From positions 558,001 to 622,000 of the forward strand of contig NW_027590213.1 of NCBI RefSeq assembly GCF_964213995.1: DNA of 64,000 bases, given 5' to 3'. The translations under genes and the position numbers were made by a program. Shown piece after piece: positions 60,313 to 64,000 of the stretch. Source of the stretch: Mustelus asterias. Taxonomy: Eukaryota. A model generated the notes under the pieces. That model made no database searches. It was not told where the DNA came from and was given only the letters and a program-made list of their open reading frames with translations. Numbering within the stretch: position 1 is the first letter of the stretch; the number at the start of each line of letters is the position of its first letter.

Positions 60313-61234
60313 TTTTATTATTCATTATTATTAATTAATTACTATTAATGCTTCTATGAATGAAGGTGGTCTTGATGATGATGCGGACATGTGGCTGGAA
60401 GCTCGTCTTGGGATGAACTATTTCACCCTGGTTGTGAACAGGCTGGTTCAGCCTCAGACAGTTGCCAGGAGACTGGGCTGGAGTCGGGCGATCGGAGAGG
60501 GAAGTTTCACTCTGAAGCTCATTGCACAACTTCCGCATTGTGACGTCACAATAGAGCCCTGCCTGAATCAGCCAGTAGGAATCACTCTGGATTTCAATAA
60601 CTCAGCTTGGGTGCAGTTGAATGAAATGTATCAATCTGGTATCCACCCACAGTCGAGAGGAAGTGTGGAATGTGTAGCTGGAAATCCCTCCCTCACAGCA
60701 CTGTGGGTGTACTTACACCTCAGGCATTATAGCAGTTCAGGAAGGCAGTGTTGGCGCTGATCGTGGCCGAGGCAGCTACAAACAGCCACATATTCTGTTA
60801 TACTTGAAGGACTGCAGATTGAATGTGAGGCATTGTGGGACATGACTATCTTGACCACATTCCTGTCACTGCTCAGTTTCTGCAATCATGAACCATTAAA
60901 GCTGCTTAGCAAAGCCCCGACAGAGGACCTGGTGAGAATATTTACTCAGAATGAGTTAGAATTAAACTTCTTCCAGGACCGGCTGGTGTTCAGTGGCTGA
61001 GATTCCTGAATCTGTAAAAAGGGGGTCTGACCAATCAACAAACAGTGGTTGGTAGTTAGTTAAGAAGCGTTCTCATGCATTGTTTAAAATATTTTATCAT
61101 AAATTTGAGATCAGAACTGTGAGGGACTTGTAACCCAATAGTTGTTGAATTGACGGTAAACTCCAAGTAGCACTGGACTGAAAAGGGGGTCTGACCAAGA
61201 AGTGAAGTGATCTCAGGCATTGTTTAAATTACAT

Positions 61235-61640
61235 CATCATTGGCTAACTTCCCCTTTGTGACGTCACAGTGGAGCCATCCTTGAATCAGCCAATAGGAAT
61301 CACTCTACTCCACGGTGATGTCTCCGGGTTCCAGTGCGCAGGCCCGGGCGCGCGGACCTGGGAGCCCCGCCCCCACCCATTGTTCCCCTCCCCCTACACC
61401 ACATCGAGCCAAGGTTTCCAGGCAACCGGCTGACAGCTCCGGCCAGAGCGAGAAGCCGCTCGGTGATCTCCCCCTCCCCCCGGCCCGGGACTGCAAAATG
61501 TGCGAGGGAGAGGGGAAGCTGCGCATGTGCGGGGGAGAACCCACCCTCTGAATGAGAGAGGAAAGAATGTTCCACAGAAATTGTTCTGAATTTCTATCCT
61601 GTACTGACACTGATGACTTTTGGAAACTCATTTTACAGGA
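61235..61640 (+). promoter_or_regulatory. Promoter and acceptor region of ZNF 61990-62580
   Basis: ATTGG, CRE, CCAAT, conserved GC module 61422-61479, TGCGCATG, acceptor ttttacag at ~61638. Confidence 0.7.
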
Positions 61641-61989
61641 TATTGATAGAGGAATCACAGGCCTAAATCTCAAACGTCGCATCTAGATCTGACAGAGTCA
61701 TATTCCTTGGGACCTCAATATCATCGGACTTTGAATCCAGAAGGAGAAATGGTTGTCCAGTGTGTCGATTTGAAAAGATTTGAAATGTCAGTGTGAGTGA
61801 AAAAGCATCAAGACACTGCCACACTTGAGTGAGGGTGTTCCAATGCACTGACTAAAGAGCTTTAACCAGTTACACAGTCTGAATAAATATCACACCATTC
61901 ACAGCGGGTAGAGACTGTAATCTTGTTCTGTGTGTGGACGAAGTTTCAACTAATTGTCCACCCAAGAGAGAGGTAAGGACACCTGCACC

Positions 61990-62580
61990 ATGGCGAAACC
62001 ATGGAAATGTGTGGACTGTGGGAAGGGATACAGAGCGCCATCTCAGCTGGAAGCTCATCGGCGCAGCCACACTGGGGAGAGGCCGTTCACCTGCTCTCAG
62101 TGTGGGAAGGGATTCGCTTGTTCATCCGACCTGCAGAGACACCAGCGTGTTCACACTGGGCAGAAACCATTCACCTGCTCTCAATGTGGGAAGGGATTTA
62201 CTCAGTCATCTCACCTGCAGAGACACCAGCGAGATCACACTGGAGAGAGGCCGTTCACCTGCTCTCAGTGTGGGAAGGGATTCACTCGGTTATCCCACCT
62301 GCAGACACATCAGCGAGTTCACACTGGGGAGAGGCCGTTCACCTGCTCTCAGTGTGGGAAGGGATTCATTCAGTTATCCAACCTGAGGAGACATCAGCGA
62401 GTTCACACTGGGGAGAAACCATTCACCTGCTCTCAGTGTGGAAAGGGATTCACTCGGTCATCCAACCTGCAGACACACCAGCAAGTTCACACTGGGGAGA
62501 GGCCATTCACCTGCCCTCACTGTGGGAAGGGTTTCAGCGTTTCATCCCGGCTGCTGAGACACCAGCAAGTTCACGAGTGA
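61990..62580 (+). CDS. C2H2 zinc-finger protein, 7 fingers
   Basis: accATGG at 61990 (MAKPWKC); intact array. Confidence 0.9.
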   Translation: MAKPWKCVDCGKGYRAPSQLEAHRRSHTGERPFTCSQCGKGFACSSDLQRHQRVHTGQKPFTCSQCGKGFTQSSHLQRHQRDHTGERPFTCSQCGKGFTRLSHLQTHQRVHTGERPFTCSQCGKGFIQLSNLRRHQRVHTGEKPFTCSQCGKGFTRSSNLQTHQQVHTGERPFTCPHCGKGFSVSSRLLRHQQVHE

Positions 62581-62831
62581 TTCCAGGGGTTGGATTCTGC
62601 TGTTATTGTTTCTGCTCTCAGTTGCATCCAGGACTGCATTTTGTTCATTCTCACAGTTGGTCATTGGGGAGGGTCAGAGGGTTTCTTTGTGCTGGACTAG
62701 CTGGTCTCAGCCTCCAGTGGGCTGATGCTCTTTGAGTCTTTTTGCAAATACCTGGTTTCAAATGTCACAAAGATCACAGAGTGACAGGGTGTTAGGAAGT
62801 TTAGAGATATTTAGTCAGAAGAAAACAGAGA

Positions 62832-63860
62832 TTGGCAGTGCAAAGGTACATTTCTGAATGGAGGGCTGTGACAAGTGACGTTCCTCAGGGATCAGTGCTG
62901 GGTCTTTTGCTGTTTGTAATATATATAAATGATCTGGAGGAAAATGTAACTGGTTTGATTGGTAAGTTTGTGGATGACACAAAGGTTGGTGGAATTGCGG
63001 ATAGCGATGGGGACTGGCAGAGGATACAGCAGGATATAGATCAGTTGGAGACTTGGGCGGAGAGATGGCAGATGAAGTTTAATCCGGACAAATGTGAGGT
63101 AATGCATTTTGGAAGGTCTAATACAGATGGGAAATATACAGTAAATGGCAGAACCCTTAAGAGTATTGATAGGCAGAGGGATCTGGGTGTACAGGTACAC
63201 AGGTCACTGAAAGTGGCAATGCAGGTGGAGAAGATAATCAAGAAGGCATACGGCATGCTTGCCTTCATCGGCCGGGGCACTGAGTTTAAAAATTGGCAAG
63301 TCATGTTGCAGCTTTATAGAACCTTAGCTAGACCGCACTTGGAATCCAGTGTTCAATTCTGGTCACCACACTACCAGAAGGATGTGGAGGCTTTGGAGAG
63401 GGTACGGAAAATATTTATCAGGATATTGCCTGGTGTGGAGGGCATTAGCTATGAGGAGAGGTTGGAGAAACTTGGTTTGTTCTCACTGGAGCGACGGAGG
63501 TTGAGGGGGGGGGGGGGGGGGGGGGCGACCCCCCCTCAGAAGTCCACAAGATTATGAGGGGCATGGACAGAGTGGATAGTCAGACAACCGTCCCCGGCAA
63601 CAAGTTCCAGGCACCCACCACCCTCTGTGTAAAAAAAACCTGCCTCGTACATCTCCTTTAAACCTTGCCCCTCGCACCGTGAACCTATGCCCCCTAGTAA
63701 TTGACTCTTCCACCCTGGGAAAAAGCATCTGACTATCCACTCTGTCCATGCCCCTCATAATCTTGTGGACTTCTACCTTATCTAAACCTGTCAGAATCTT
63801 GTCCACCTCTATCAAATCTCCCCTCAACCTCCTTTGCTCCAAGGAGAACAACCCCAGCCT
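62832..63860. mobile_element. CR1 LINE RT/3' fragment with an inverted 3' segment
   Basis: ORF 62832-63557(+) with QGSVLG and FVDD; ORF 63552-63881(-) is a CR1 C-terminus. Confidence 0.85.
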
Positions 63861-64000
63861 GACATTGACAATAAAGAACAAACTAACAGAATATGTTACT
63901 GTCTGAAATCAAATGGGAATGTTTAATTTCTGTTTTAAAGATATTGTGAATATATTGTCCTGGACAATAAAGGAATTGGAATAACTCACCTTGGGTGTGG

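Noticed and set aside
60749-60922. Short TG...CA element with imperfect terminal inverted repeats
   Set aside because: No TSD and no second copy in the window; cannot support a solo-LTR call
62001-62735. Long alternative-frame ORFs over ZNF arrays (HWGEA.., TLGRG.. repeats)
   Set aside because: Expected shadow frames of repetitive 84-bp finger units

Overview
Vertebrate genomic DNA, most likely from a shark or ray. This is inferred from the repeat content: HE1/V-SINE-like tRNA SINEs, CR1 and L2 LINEs, and Penelope-like elements. The window is part of a tandem C2H2 (Krueppel-type) zinc-finger gene cluster, with 12 ZNF arrays on both strands. About 5-6 look intact; the rest are frameshifted, stop-interrupted or truncated. 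No KRAB, SCAN, BTB or other effector domain is visible. Most arrays lie in one terminal exon behind a conserved splice acceptor and are served by CpG-rich promoters built from a few shuffled modules (CCAAT, CRE, NRF1, YY1). Between the genes are nested retroelements, a tRNA-Lys(CTT) copy and minisatellites. The most notable observations are: (1) a young Gypsy LTR-gag-protease element joined directly to a ZNF array; (2) that LTR lacks a tRNA primer site but has a 15-nt leader complementary to its own polyA-signal region; (3) a frame-conserved cryptic C-terminal peptide behind the ZNF stop codons, translated in two paralogs; (4) a conserved atypical first finger, with fossil fingers and a uORF in the 5' leaders; (5) several minimal hammerhead ribozyme motifs in Penelope-derived inserts, one in sense orientation in a ZNF 5' UTR. 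All alignments were done by eye, so repeat boundaries are approximate.
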